Sequence record: NC_025447.1
Direction: 5' to 3' (one strand)
Length of the DNA: 64,000 bases
Origin: Escherichia phage 121Q
The notes under the pieces are model-generated. The model made no database searches, had not been told where the DNA came from, and saw only the letters and a list, made by a program, of their open reading frames with translations. This document shows, piece by piece, positions 29,568 through 38,292 of this stretch; position 1 is the stretch's first letter, and each line of letters starts with the position of its first letter. A program made the position numbers and the translations under genes.

Positions 29568-30332
29568 TTAATCCTTTAATAATATGTTAAAATTATCATA
29601 AAAGTACTTTTTTAGTACCGAAATATAGTCTTCATTATACTTCAATCGAAGTAAATTTATTCCATTCTCGGTGCAGTACGTGTTTTTAATTTTATCATTG
29701 TGTTGAGTTTGTTTTAGTGATTTTGTTCCACCCCAATGCTCTGAACATTGAAAATGTTGTTCACCATCATATTCGATACACAAGTTTAAATCTTCAATAT
29801 AAAAATCAAATGGCAATGTTAAAATATTCTTACAATTATCAAATCTCTTTTCTCTAACATATTTAAATGAAGATAATATATTTTCTATATCTGATACTGC
29901 CTTGGATTGAGTACTATCTCTCATACATTTTTCACACCCGTATCTACTATTCAAGTGATTATCAGGTCGCTGGTAGAATATACCATGTATTGGACAAATT
30001 ATTGATATATGTGTTTTATTATTAACATAATTAGCCATACTATAATCAAATTTATTTTTAAATTTAAAATTGGCTTTTTTCTTGAAATTTAAAAAATTAT
30101 GTGGACTTTTTTGCCTATTTGTATTATATTCAATAGAACATTTCATGCATCCTTTGCCACATGTATGGTCATTTGGTGTTTGTAGAAAAAATCCATGTTT
30201 TGCACAGCCAATCCATACTTTTGTTTTAGCATTATGATATTTAACCATACTATAGTCATATCGTATACCATGAACTTTTATCGCATTGGTTACAAATTTA
30301 TATTTTGTCGATCTAGTGGTTGCATATTTCAT
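29568..30332 (-). CDS. Homing-endonuclease-like protein: two zinc-ribbon repeats plus C-terminal PD-(D/E)XK-like motif
   Basis: 254 aa; repeats KVWIGCAKHGFFLQTPNDHTCGKGCMKC and HISIICPIHGIFYQRPDNHLNSRYGCEKC; C-terminal FDFYIEDLNLCIEYDGEQH. Inserted between baseplate genes. Confidence 0.5.
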   Translation of the reverse strand: MKYATTRSTKYKFVTNAIKVHGIRYDYSMVKYHNAKTKVWIGCAKHGFFLQTPNDHTCGKGCMKCSIEYNTNRQKSPHNFLNFKKKANFKFKNKFDYSMANYVNNKTHISIICPIHGIFYQRPDNHLNSRYGCEKCMRDSTQSKAVSDIENILSSFKYVREKRFDNCKNILTLPFDFYIEDLNLCIEYDGEQHFQCSEHWGGTKSLKQTQHNDKIKNTYCTENGINLLRLKYNEDYISVLKKYFYDNFNILLKD

Positions 30333-30367
30333 ACATCACTCCATGATTTATATAGAAATATTTATTC

Positions 30368-30394
30368 AAAAAGAAAAGCACTCCGAAGAGTGCT
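30368..30394 (-). terminator. Rho-independent terminator
   Basis: Stem AGCACTC/GAGTGCT (30377-30394) followed on the minus strand by a T-run. Confidence 0.5.
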
Positions 30395-30401
30395 TTTGTA
30401 A

Positions 30402-30797
30402 TTATAAAGACGATACTGAATATGTTGCCATTCTGTTATTACTTCTTGCATCGAATACAATAGTAAGTTCTTCTAATGTATCCAATACTACGTACTGTAA
30501 TACAATATTCATTTGGTATCCATATTCTATTCTTGAAATTTGTAATTTTTTAAGATTTAAACGTGGGTCTAAGCTAATTATTCTACGGGCATCTGCTTCT
30601 AAAAGGTTGATAGTATTATAACCTTCCAATTCAAATAGCAAATCCCATGCAATAAACCCATAGTCAGCATCAAATGCTCGTTCACCTTTTTTTGTATTGA
30701 AATGATTCATTAAATCTTGGCGAACCAATTCACTATCATACAATGTTTCAGTTCTACCAACTACAGGGGTAGAAAACCCTTTAAAAACAACTGCCAT
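30402..30797 (-). CDS. Baseplate wedge protein, gp25/gpW-like
   Basis: 131 aa; TKKGERAFDADYGFIAWDLLFE matches my recollection of T4 gp25 TRKGSRPFDPEFGCDLSDQLFE. Confidence 0.6.
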   Translation of the reverse strand: MAVVFKGFSTPVVGRTETLYDSELVRQDLMNHFNTKKGERAFDADYGFIAWDLLFELEGYNTINLLEADARRIISLDPRLNLKKLQISRIEYGYQMNIVLQYVVLDTLEELTIVFDARSNNRMATYSVSSL

Positions 30798-30812
30798 TGT
30801 CTATTTCCTTTA

Positions 30813-31301
30813 TTATACGGATTCAACGATACGTGCCATCTTTTCCGCTCGTGAAGTGGTTTGTTTATACCATGTACTATCACGCAATTCTTTACCAGCA
30901 GTTTTGTAATCAGCTTTACCTAATGCGGTCATTGCTTTTTTAAATTTCAAAACTTTGGTTTTTCCCATTTGGAATACCATTAACCATAATACACGTTGTA
31001 CCTGTACTGGTGCGGTCATACCGAATTGTTCATAAATTGATTTTGCATCATTGTACGCAGTTTGAGCATCTTTGAGAAGAAGTTGGTCAGCTTGAGCTTC
31101 GGTCAAACCATTCTTGAAATTTTCACCAGGAAGAACTAGATGACCATAACCAATAGTATCAAGACCTAAACTGTCTTTATATACCCAAAACTTATCATTT
31201 TTAAAATAACCAAGTTTTTTCTGATAAGCAATAGTTCCTTCAAATTCTTTAATTTCCTTAAAAAATTGCTCATCTGTATTTTTAATTTCCCATTTACTCA
31301 T
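30813..31301 (-). CDS. Endolysin, T4-lysozyme-like (GH24)
   Basis: 162 aa; FEGTIAY...LDTIGYGHL and VLWLMVFQMGKTKVLKFKKAM...WYKQTTSRAEKMARIV parallel T4 lysozyme (MVFQMG, WYNQTPNRAKRV). Confidence 0.85.
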   Translation of the reverse strand: MSKWEIKNTDEQFFKEIKEFEGTIAYQKKLGYFKNDKFWVYKDSLGLDTIGYGHLVLPGENFKNGLTEAQADQLLLKDAQTAYNDAKSIYEQFGMTAPVQVQRVLWLMVFQMGKTKVLKFKKAMTALGKADYKTAGKELRDSTWYKQTTSRAEKMARIVESV

Positions 31302-31337
31302 AAAGATATCCTCGTTTTATTTATAGTGCTAAAATAT

Positions 31338-34001
31338 TTATTGACATGCCTCCAAACGACGAGCCATTAACTCCGCACGGCGTGTGGTTTGGCGATACCA
31401 AGCAGAATTGCGGATTTGTGCCGCTGCTTGTTTATAATTACCTTTTGCCATTTCTGATAACATAGTTTTAAATTTCAATACACCACCTTTACCCATCTGA
31501 AATACCATTTGGCATAGTACTTGTTGAGCAAGATAAGGAGTTTTCATGTTATATGAAGCATAAATTGATTTGGCATCATAAATTGCTTTACTACTATCAC
31601 GAACTAACATATCATTTGCTTGTTGTTCAGTTATTCCATCAGAGAAGTTTTCACCGCTAACAATTAAGTGACCGTAACCAATAGTTGGATATCCACGACT
31701 ATCTAAATAACGCCAGAACTTACCATTACGATAATATCCCTTTGCTTGTTGATATTGTAATGTACCCTCATATTCTTTTAATTCAGAAATAAACTGAGCA
31801 TCACCTGGAACAACTTTCCAATCTATGGCTGTTTTATCAACATTACCTATATTATAAGTTGGTTGCTCAACTGGCGTAGTTGAAACACCACTTCTTTGTG
31901 TTCTTCTTCGACGAGGAACATGTCGTGAACCACGTTGTGAATAACCTGTACCAATTGTTTTAATTTTTGTAGTAACTACTAATTCATCACTATCAACAGA
32001 AGGTTGCACTACTGCTTGAGGTGCAGATTGATTGGTTGCTTTTCCTGCAATTAATGTTTTATTGGCTGCGTCAGAACCAGTACCAGTTTGAGATGCATAA
32101 AATAGACCCGGATCAACTGAACCGCTAAAACCAAGCACGTTAGCTGATGTAACACGTATTTCAAACTGTATAACACCATTTGCTTTACCAACAACTTGGC
32201 CTTTTTGAACAACATCTTTGTTTAATAAATCAGATTGAATATTATAAAATACAGATTTATATCCTGACTTATGTTGTATTAACAGTGCACCATTAGTAAT
32301 TACTATTACACCACCATCGGGTGCAACTATGTCACCTTTACATTGTATTTCCCATCCAGAACGATCTGACTTCCCACCACTTTGTGTTGGAACACCTTTC
32401 CCCCAATAACCATATTGGCGAATAGTACCACTACATGGCATGAACATATGTAAACCTTCATATGTAATACTATATCCAGTCATCCCAGGGTCAGATGTCA
32501 TTAAATCTTGAGATTGCACTTGTTCAGTTTCTGATGTATAGTTAACAAACTGAACAGCTTCAGTGTCTTGTGCTACGGGTAATTCTGGTGATACATCATT
32601 TGCTGGTTGTGGTTGTACTGGTGATTCACTAGAACCACTTCCACCACCTTGTCTTGGTGGTTCAACATAACTACCATGATTTTCAGCGTTAACCCATGCA
32701 GCAATATCATGAATGTGTTCATTAAGACCAGCAGATGGTGTTCTAAAGTTTGGTGCAGTAAATTCAGCAGTACCGCTATTACCACCACTATTAACTGTTA
32801 ATGTTTGTCCACCACCACTAATAATTGCTGATGATGATCCAATTAGGTTTGCAGATGTTGCGGCAGAAATAGAAGCATTTGAACCAGCCGTAATATCAGT
32901 ACTGCTACCACTTTGCATACGTAATGATGCAGCAGTAACTAAACGAAGGTCTGCCCCAGAATTAACAACAACTTGTCCACCAACTTTTGCATCAAGAGCA
33001 CCAATTAGATCTAATTTAGTATTTGCACCAACTCGTGCATTGAAATCTTGTCCGGTTTCAATATTATATGAACGTCCAGCAGTAATATTAATATCTTGAC
33101 CAGCACGAATATTAATATTCTTATCACAGTGCATGTCAATATCACCTTCACCAGTGAATTTTATACGTGCAGTGCCATCACGGTTAATTAAAAGAACATC
33201 ACCAGTAGCTTCTGATAAAAGAAGTTGTGCACCACTACGTGTTTTTATTACGACACCTTCATTTTTACGAGAACCAACACGTGTATCGTTTACTGGGTTA
33301 TTAAATTGTGTATCTTGATATCCATCTGGGTCTTGATCCCACGTTGGTGCTGTTAATTCCTCTTCAGTATATCCATCATCAATAATAAAACTATTACCAC
33401 GTGGCGAAGACATACCATATACAGTACTGGTGGTTTGTCGAGTACTACTACGATTCGCCAACCCAGCTTCTTCGTCATATAAAAGGTTTTGCTTTTTAAG
33501 ACCTGCGATAATTGGAACGTTAGCATATTTGTCTTGCATATCGGTAGTGATAGTGTTACGATCATAGTCAGTAACAGGAAGTGGCATATCAGTTCCACCA
33601 TAATTACTTACTTCAGTTGCCATGCCTGGAACCATAGTATTCATACGCTGGTCATATACACAACCAATCCAATATGCTTGGAATGTACGGGCTTGTGCAA
33701 AAATTACAACAACTGTACACCCTACATCTGGTGGTACTGCCCAAAAACCGTATCCTTTTGGATATTGACCATATGCATCAGCACTTGGAATACCTGGTGT
33801 TTTACCAGCAAAAGGAGACATGTAAGATGCTTCTATCCATGATTCTTTTGAGTTTTTATCACTTTGAGAACCTTGTATCCAAACTTTCAGTTTTCCTGAT
33901 TTAGTTGGATCTCTGTTATCCATAACAGTTGCTAACTGCGGATAAGATGGGTCAAAACGACCCAACTGCTGTTGTGCATACTTTTTACTTGTATCTGCCA
34001 T
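31338..34001 (-). CDS. Baseplate central spike: gp5-like N-terminus, beta-helical repeats, degenerate M23/LytM-like domain, C-terminal T4-lysozyme-like domain
   Basis: 887 aa; repeat region INIRAGQDINITAGRSYNIETGQDFNARVGANTKLDLIG...; M23-like GDIVAPDGGVIVITNGALLIQHKSGYKSVFYNI...VQKGQVVGKANGVIQFEIRV with the HxH motif replaced by QFE; C-terminal EYEGTLQY...PTIGYGHL...MVFQMGKGGVLKF lysozyme domain (about 31338-31829). Confidence 0.7.
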   Translation of the reverse strand: MADTSKKYAQQQLGRFDPSYPQLATVMDNRDPTKSGKLKVWIQGSQSDKNSKESWIEASYMSPFAGKTPGIPSADAYGQYPKGYGFWAVPPDVGCTVVVIFAQARTFQAYWIGCVYDQRMNTMVPGMATEVSNYGGTDMPLPVTDYDRNTITTDMQDKYANVPIIAGLKKQNLLYDEEAGLANRSSTRQTTSTVYGMSSPRGNSFIIDDGYTEEELTAPTWDQDPDGYQDTQFNNPVNDTRVGSRKNEGVVIKTRSGAQLLLSEATGDVLLINRDGTARIKFTGEGDIDMHCDKNINIRAGQDINITAGRSYNIETGQDFNARVGANTKLDLIGALDAKVGGQVVVNSGADLRLVTAASLRMQSGSSTDITAGSNASISAATSANLIGSSSAIISGGGQTLTVNSGGNSGTAEFTAPNFRTPSAGLNEHIHDIAAWVNAENHGSYVEPPRQGGGSGSSESPVQPQPANDVSPELPVAQDTEAVQFVNYTSETEQVQSQDLMTSDPGMTGYSITYEGLHMFMPCSGTIRQYGYWGKGVPTQSGGKSDRSGWEIQCKGDIVAPDGGVIVITNGALLIQHKSGYKSVFYNIQSDLLNKDVVQKGQVVGKANGVIQFEIRVTSANVLGFSGSVDPGLFYASQTGTGSDAANKTLIAGKATNQSAPQAVVQPSVDSDELVVTTKIKTIGTGYSQRGSRHVPRRRRTQRSGVSTTPVEQPTYNIGNVDKTAIDWKVVPGDAQFISELKEYEGTLQYQQAKGYYRNGKFWRYLDSRGYPTIGYGHLIVSGENFSDGITEQQANDMLVRDSSKAIYDAKSIYASYNMKTPYLAQQVLCQMVFQMGKGGVLKFKTMLSEMAKGNYKQAAAQIRNSAWYRQTTRRAELMARRLEACQ

Positions 34002-34014
34002 AATATTTTATTCC

Positions 34015-36264
34015 TTAATCAACTATACTATCGTGACGTTTGAGTGCACGAATTACAATTGCAGCTTGAATTTGTTGTGTAAAAGAACCACCTGCACCAA
34101 AATCATGAACAATTTTATTAACACGATAAATTGTTTGGTTAAATGTGGTTGGTGTATTAATATCCAAAACACCAGTGTTATCATTTATTGATATTACTGG
34201 TTGTAATTTTAGTAATAGATACGCTTCAGATGTTATATAATTTGCTACATGATAATCATCTGGGTTAATTTCCATATCTTCACCATTAATTACTTGTTCT
34301 AGATATTGTAAGTAAGAGTAATCACTCCACCCTAACCAGTACGGGTCGCCTACTACACGCATATCGAGTTTACACAAAAAAGGTCTATTGTAATAGTTGT
34401 CACGTATTTTACGTCTATCCATTTCATATGTGCTGCTGTTATCGTTTAACGAAGCGGATAAAGTTGTTTCATTGTTAGTTGCTTCGGTTGGCATTGTGAA
34501 CACTTCACCATAACGGTGACCAACACCATCAGTACCGCCATCGTTTTCTTCATAAGTGGTTACATAATCTTCAATATATTGAGGTAAAACATTGACTTGA
34601 TAGTTATTATAACGGTCTTGTTCTTCTGCGTTACCAACCTGCATTTGATTTTTTGCTAAAGTTTCAACTTCAGTTAACAATTGTTGTTGGGCTTGTGTTA
34701 ACATCCCTCCTAAATCACGAGTTACACGTAAATCACTTGTTTTTGCCCATGCGTCTGGTATACTATTGTATTGTACACCTTGAATATTGAGTTCTTGGGA
34801 TGTATGTGTACCTGCATGGTTCGCTACATCTTGTATCGGACCAGGGTTACGTGTAGTGGCTACGAAAAATTGCTGATCAAATTTCAAATCCAAATCAAGT
34901 ATCTCACTATTAAGCCCACTAAATTGATAATTATAAGTTTTCATGTTTATTTTTGGTTTTTGATCATTAGGATCTACGTATTTTTCTGCGTTCTCAAAAA
35001 AGTACTCAAATGTGAAATTTTCAGGTTGTAAATCCGATTCATGAACAATATCACCTATTTTAAATCTAACAATATAAAAAATTACTTTATAAACAGAAGT
35101 ATTACGATAATTATCAAAACCAACGTATTGTTTAACTGGTATAATGTTTACAAATTGACGCACACTAGTACTATCATCGGCTTGTACAGTACATGTATCA
35201 ATAACGTCATCAATAATTCGAGATATAGGAGTACTTGGGTTCCATGAAAAGTTTTTAGAACCTTGTGCACCACTTTTAGTTGTTCCGGCCTCTGCCATTT
35301 GTTTAGAATCATAGTTTATAAACAAATCTTGCAAATCAGGTGCTACTTTAAATTCGAAAAATTTACCTTCGGATAATTCACCAAATTTATATCTAAGATA
35401 ACCATATTGTTGGTCAGCCATCTGATTTAATTTATCTTCTAAATCAAAGCAGAAGTCACCAAAGTTTTCAGCAGTACAATTGAATGGTTCTTTTAAGGTC
35501 CATTCAATGTTATCAACTAAAGCTGCTCTATTATGAACTAAGTTCATAGTATACATCATAGTACTACCACTTTGTGAAGCACTTGCAGTAACACTATTAA
35601 TTTTAACTGACCAGCGTCTTGTTGTTTCTGGGATAATTTCAGGTATTCCATTTTTATTAAAGCCAATAAACTTTAATTCCAAGATCAATGGCAAGTCCAT
35701 AAATTTATGATATCTAAGTTTGTTACTTAACGAAATTAATTCATCATATAGACTCATACTATTATTTTCAGACATATTAAGTACTGCTGTATTAAAACAA
35801 TAGTTTGTTGTCATTCCTGGTGTTGAAGGTCCAGCTTGTGTCATTTGTACACTAGTGATATTATATTTGCCAGTAACACCACTTTCTGATATCACATGTC
35901 GTTGCACTTCTGCATCTGGGTAAAGCCAAAAGTTTTTAAAATCATCTTTATCTAAGGCAAATAAACAAAAGTGCCAAGTTGGGTTATCATATTTCAATAA
36001 TTTATTGTCATACGGTATTACAAACTGACTTAAATCGAGATCTTCATAAACTTGATCAACACTAGCACTTTGTTTTGGTAATGATACTACATTACTTACA
36101 TTTGCTTTGTAATTATTTTTTGTAATAGTTTTTACATCATTTTGTAATGTATTTGCTGTAGCTTTCAAACTATCAAGTGCATTAGATGTGGTGGTTTTAG
36201 CCTTACCAGTAATACTTGTAATATCATTTTGAAAATTATCAACTGTACTTCGTAAATCTGCCAT
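34015..36264 (-). CDS. Hypothetical baseplate or tail protein (749 aa)
   Basis: ORF immediately upstream of the spike gene in the same operon; coiled-coil-like N-terminus; function not determinable from sequence. Confidence 0.4.
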   Translation of the reverse strand: MADLRSTVDNFQNDITSITGKAKTTTSNALDSLKATANTLQNDVKTITKNNYKANVSNVVSLPKQSASVDQVYEDLDLSQFVIPYDNKLLKYDNPTWHFCLFALDKDDFKNFWLYPDAEVQRHVISESGVTGKYNITSVQMTQAGPSTPGMTTNYCFNTAVLNMSENNSMSLYDELISLSNKLRYHKFMDLPLILELKFIGFNKNGIPEIIPETTRRWSVKINSVTASASQSGSTMMYTMNLVHNRAALVDNIEWTLKEPFNCTAENFGDFCFDLEDKLNQMADQQYGYLRYKFGELSEGKFFEFKVAPDLQDLFINYDSKQMAEAGTTKSGAQGSKNFSWNPSTPISRIIDDVIDTCTVQADDSTSVRQFVNIIPVKQYVGFDNYRNTSVYKVIFYIVRFKIGDIVHESDLQPENFTFEYFFENAEKYVDPNDQKPKINMKTYNYQFSGLNSEILDLDLKFDQQFFVATTRNPGPIQDVANHAGTHTSQELNIQGVQYNSIPDAWAKTSDLRVTRDLGGMLTQAQQQLLTEVETLAKNQMQVGNAEEQDRYNNYQVNVLPQYIEDYVTTYEENDGGTDGVGHRYGEVFTMPTEATNNETTLSASLNDNSSTYEMDRRKIRDNYYNRPFLCKLDMRVVGDPYWLGWSDYSYLQYLEQVINGEDMEINPDDYHVANYITSEAYLLLKLQPVISINDNTGVLDINTPTTFNQTIYRVNKIVHDFGAGGSFTQQIQAAIVIRALKRHDSIVD

Positions 36265-36275
36265 ACGTTACTCCA

Positions 36276-36590
36276 TTAGCCTATGTTTCGAGTACCATTA
36301 AGATAATTCTGTACTCTTTGATTTGCTGGTATTCTAATTGTTACTCCACTTTTAAAATTATATATAGGATCTTCTCCTAGTATGTCTGGATTTAACAATG
36401 CGAAAATATAATATAAGCGTTCATTACCATACATTTCGTATGCTAAACGCCAAGGTTGATATTCATATTTCAATGGGATCTCATAAAAATCATCAGTATC
36501 AGCCGGAACAATATCACGTGGTAAATTATACCCAAGATACCATGTTTGTTTCACCTTAGCGTAAGGTGAGTATTGACTATAGTTGGACAT
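36276..36590 (-). CDS. Small tail protein with possible LysM-like segment
   Basis: 104 aa; LYYIFALLNPDILGEDPIYNFKSGVTIRIP loosely resembles a LysM motif; 1-nt overlap with the upstream gene. Confidence 0.35.
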   Translation of the reverse strand: MSNYSQYSPYAKVKQTWYLGYNLPRDIVPADTDDFYEIPLKYEYQPWRLAYEMYGNERLYYIFALLNPDILGEDPIYNFKSGVTIRIPANQRVQNYLNGTRNIG

Positions 36591-37321
36591 TAAATGAATC
36601 CTCCTTTACGTAATAGTTCACCACGTTTGAATGCATTGAGGTTGAACGTTTTAGTCATATAATCCGATGTTGGTTGTTCTTCAAGTTGTAACATAACTGA
36701 GATTTTTTGTGGAACCCAAACTTCATCTTGTGGGTTCATATATCCAGTACTTCTAAGTTGTTCGAAGAATTTTCTACTATCCATGTCGGATAAATTAAAA
36801 GTACTATCGCTACTATTCAACGGAACTTGAATATAAGAAACATCATTTGGGTAAGTAAAATTATAAGATTTTAAAATAACAGGAATATCATTATATGTAT
36901 AACGACCATATCCACTTAGAAGTAAGATTGGTGGTGGTGCACCTGCAATTGCGAGTTCGGGGTTATTAGCCGAAGCAGCTTGTCTACCAAAATCCATCAA
37001 TGAAACAGAACGTATAAAATGAACACATGCCAACGCATACATAGCTTCTGCTGCTGTATTTGCATAAAATTCACCCTGAATAGTGAAAACTGTATTAGTA
37101 GTGTTCTTATAGTTGTTATAGTTACTGTTGGTATGTATAGGAGACTGTGTTTCATACTGAATTGACCTTTGTTCAGTAATTGTTGGTGTTACAGTCCAAA
37201 CCAACCCATTAGTTGGACGCAGAAACGAAAGTAGTGTTGGTTCGGAGCTATCCCCGAAATCACCATATACATAGTTAGCACCTGCGGCTTTAGGTCGTAA
37301 TCGAATTCTACGATCAATCAT
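36590..37321 (-). CDS. Hypothetical tail or baseplate protein
   Basis: Start moved to the ATG at 37319-37321 (GGAGAA 8 nt upstream, downstream of a TATAAATA late promoter); the ORF-track start at 37411 has no ribosome-binding site. Confidence 0.4.
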   Translation of the reverse strand: MIDRRIRLRPKAAGANYVYGDFGDSSEPTLLSFLRPTNGLVWTVTPTITEQRSIQYETQSPIHTNSNYNNYKNTTNTVFTIQGEFYANTAAEAMYALACVHFIRSVSLMDFGRQAASANNPELAIAGAPPPILLLSGYGRYTYNDIPVILKSYNFTYPNDVSYIQVPLNSSDSTFNLSDMDSRKFFEQLRSTGYMNPQDEVWVPQKISVMLQLEEQPTSDYMTKTFNLNAFKRGELLRKGGFI

Positions 37322-37356
37322 CTTTTTGATTCTCCATAATAAGGGAACATTTGATG

Positions 37357-37364
37357 TATTTATA
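37357..37364 (-). promoter_or_regulatory. T4-type late promoter TATAAATA
   Basis: Minus strand reads TATAAATA about 36 nt upstream of the ATG at 37321. Confidence 0.45.
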
Positions 37365-37366
37365 CG

Positions 37367-37395
37367 TGGGACAAAATGCTTTTTGGTGCTATAAT
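37367..37395 (+). promoter_or_regulatory. Sigma70-type promoter (TGGGAC-N17-TATAAT) for the sigma-like gene
   Basis: TGGGAC 37367-37372, 17-nt spacer, GGTGCTATAAT with TATAAT at 37390-37395; same motif as at 42068 and 63957. Confidence 0.5.
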
Positions 37396-37452
37396 AACAT
37401 TGATGGTACAAGGATTGTACCTATTGGATTTAAACATGGAGAGTAAAATACA

Positions 37453-38292
37453 ATGACAAATAGACCAAAGCGTAAAAAGTATCTCAATAATGCTGATTTA
37501 CTTCGTGAAATACAAAAAAGTAAGATTTCATACTGCTGGTTATTAGACAAATCATATAGTATGTATGATTATATTGTTTTTCATGAGTCAGAAATTACTG
37601 CTGAGTTACTTGAAAAAGCCAAAGCAGCACGAATCAAACGACTAAACAATGAAATGCTTGATAGTATTCGTGAAAAGGAAAGTATGAGTGCTAAAAAAGC
37701 TAAAGAATATGCAGATGAAAATAATTTAGTTATCACTGATGTTCCAATCGATGAAGTTGTTATTCGTGTTATCACTGATGAACATATTCCACCCGACACT
37801 AGAGTTAACTTTGAACCATTCAAGCATTACATTGTAGATAATGAAGGAATTCTCTATGAAGTATGTCGTTCTCATTGGAAAGGAGATCTTGAAACTGGTG
37901 AATTCAGTACTGTTCATGGTAAAATTACAAATGAACTAGGGAAGATGTTCATTAAACTTGCTGAGGAAATCTCTCATAAATCTAATTACAGAAACTATAC
38001 ATACTTAGATGAAATGATGGGTGATGCAAGAATACAATTAGTTAAAAACGCACTTCTCTTTAAAGAGAGCATTCTTTATAAAAAAGATAAACCAGCAGTT
38101 CAGCTAAATCCTTTCTCTTACTATACATCATTCGTAAACAATAGTTTTCGTTCTATATTGAATAGTGAGAAAAATGTTCGAAATATACGTGATGATTTAC
38201 TTGAAATGCATGGCTTTACGCCATCACATACACGTCAAATTGAAATTGAATTGAACATGATTGAAAGGAAAAATGAAGATGGCTCTGTTTGA
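37453..38292 (+). CDS. Putative late-transcription sigma factor, gp55-like
   Basis: N-terminus PKRKKYLNNADLLREIQKSK resembles my recollection of T4 gp55 (PKYNYVNNKELLQAII); adjacent to the gp47/gp46 homologs as in T4; TATAAATA motifs occur upstream of structural genes. Longer than T4 gp55, so tentative. Confidence 0.45.
   Translation: MTNRPKRKKYLNNADLLREIQKSKISYCWLLDKSYSMYDYIVFHESEITAELLEKAKAARIKRLNNEMLDSIREKESMSAKKAKEYADENNLVITDVPIDEVVIRVITDEHIPPDTRVNFEPFKHYIVDNEGILYEVCRSHWKGDLETGEFSTVHGKITNELGKMFIKLAEEISHKSNYRNYTYLDEMMGDARIQLVKNALLFKESILYKKDKPAVQLNPFSYYTSFVNNSFRSILNSEKNVRNIRDDLLEMHGFTPSHTRQIEIELNMIERKNEDGSV

Noticed and set aside
32713-33099. Plus-strand 128-aa ORF inside the spike gene
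   Set aside because: Antisense of the beta-helix repeat region; low-complexity product.
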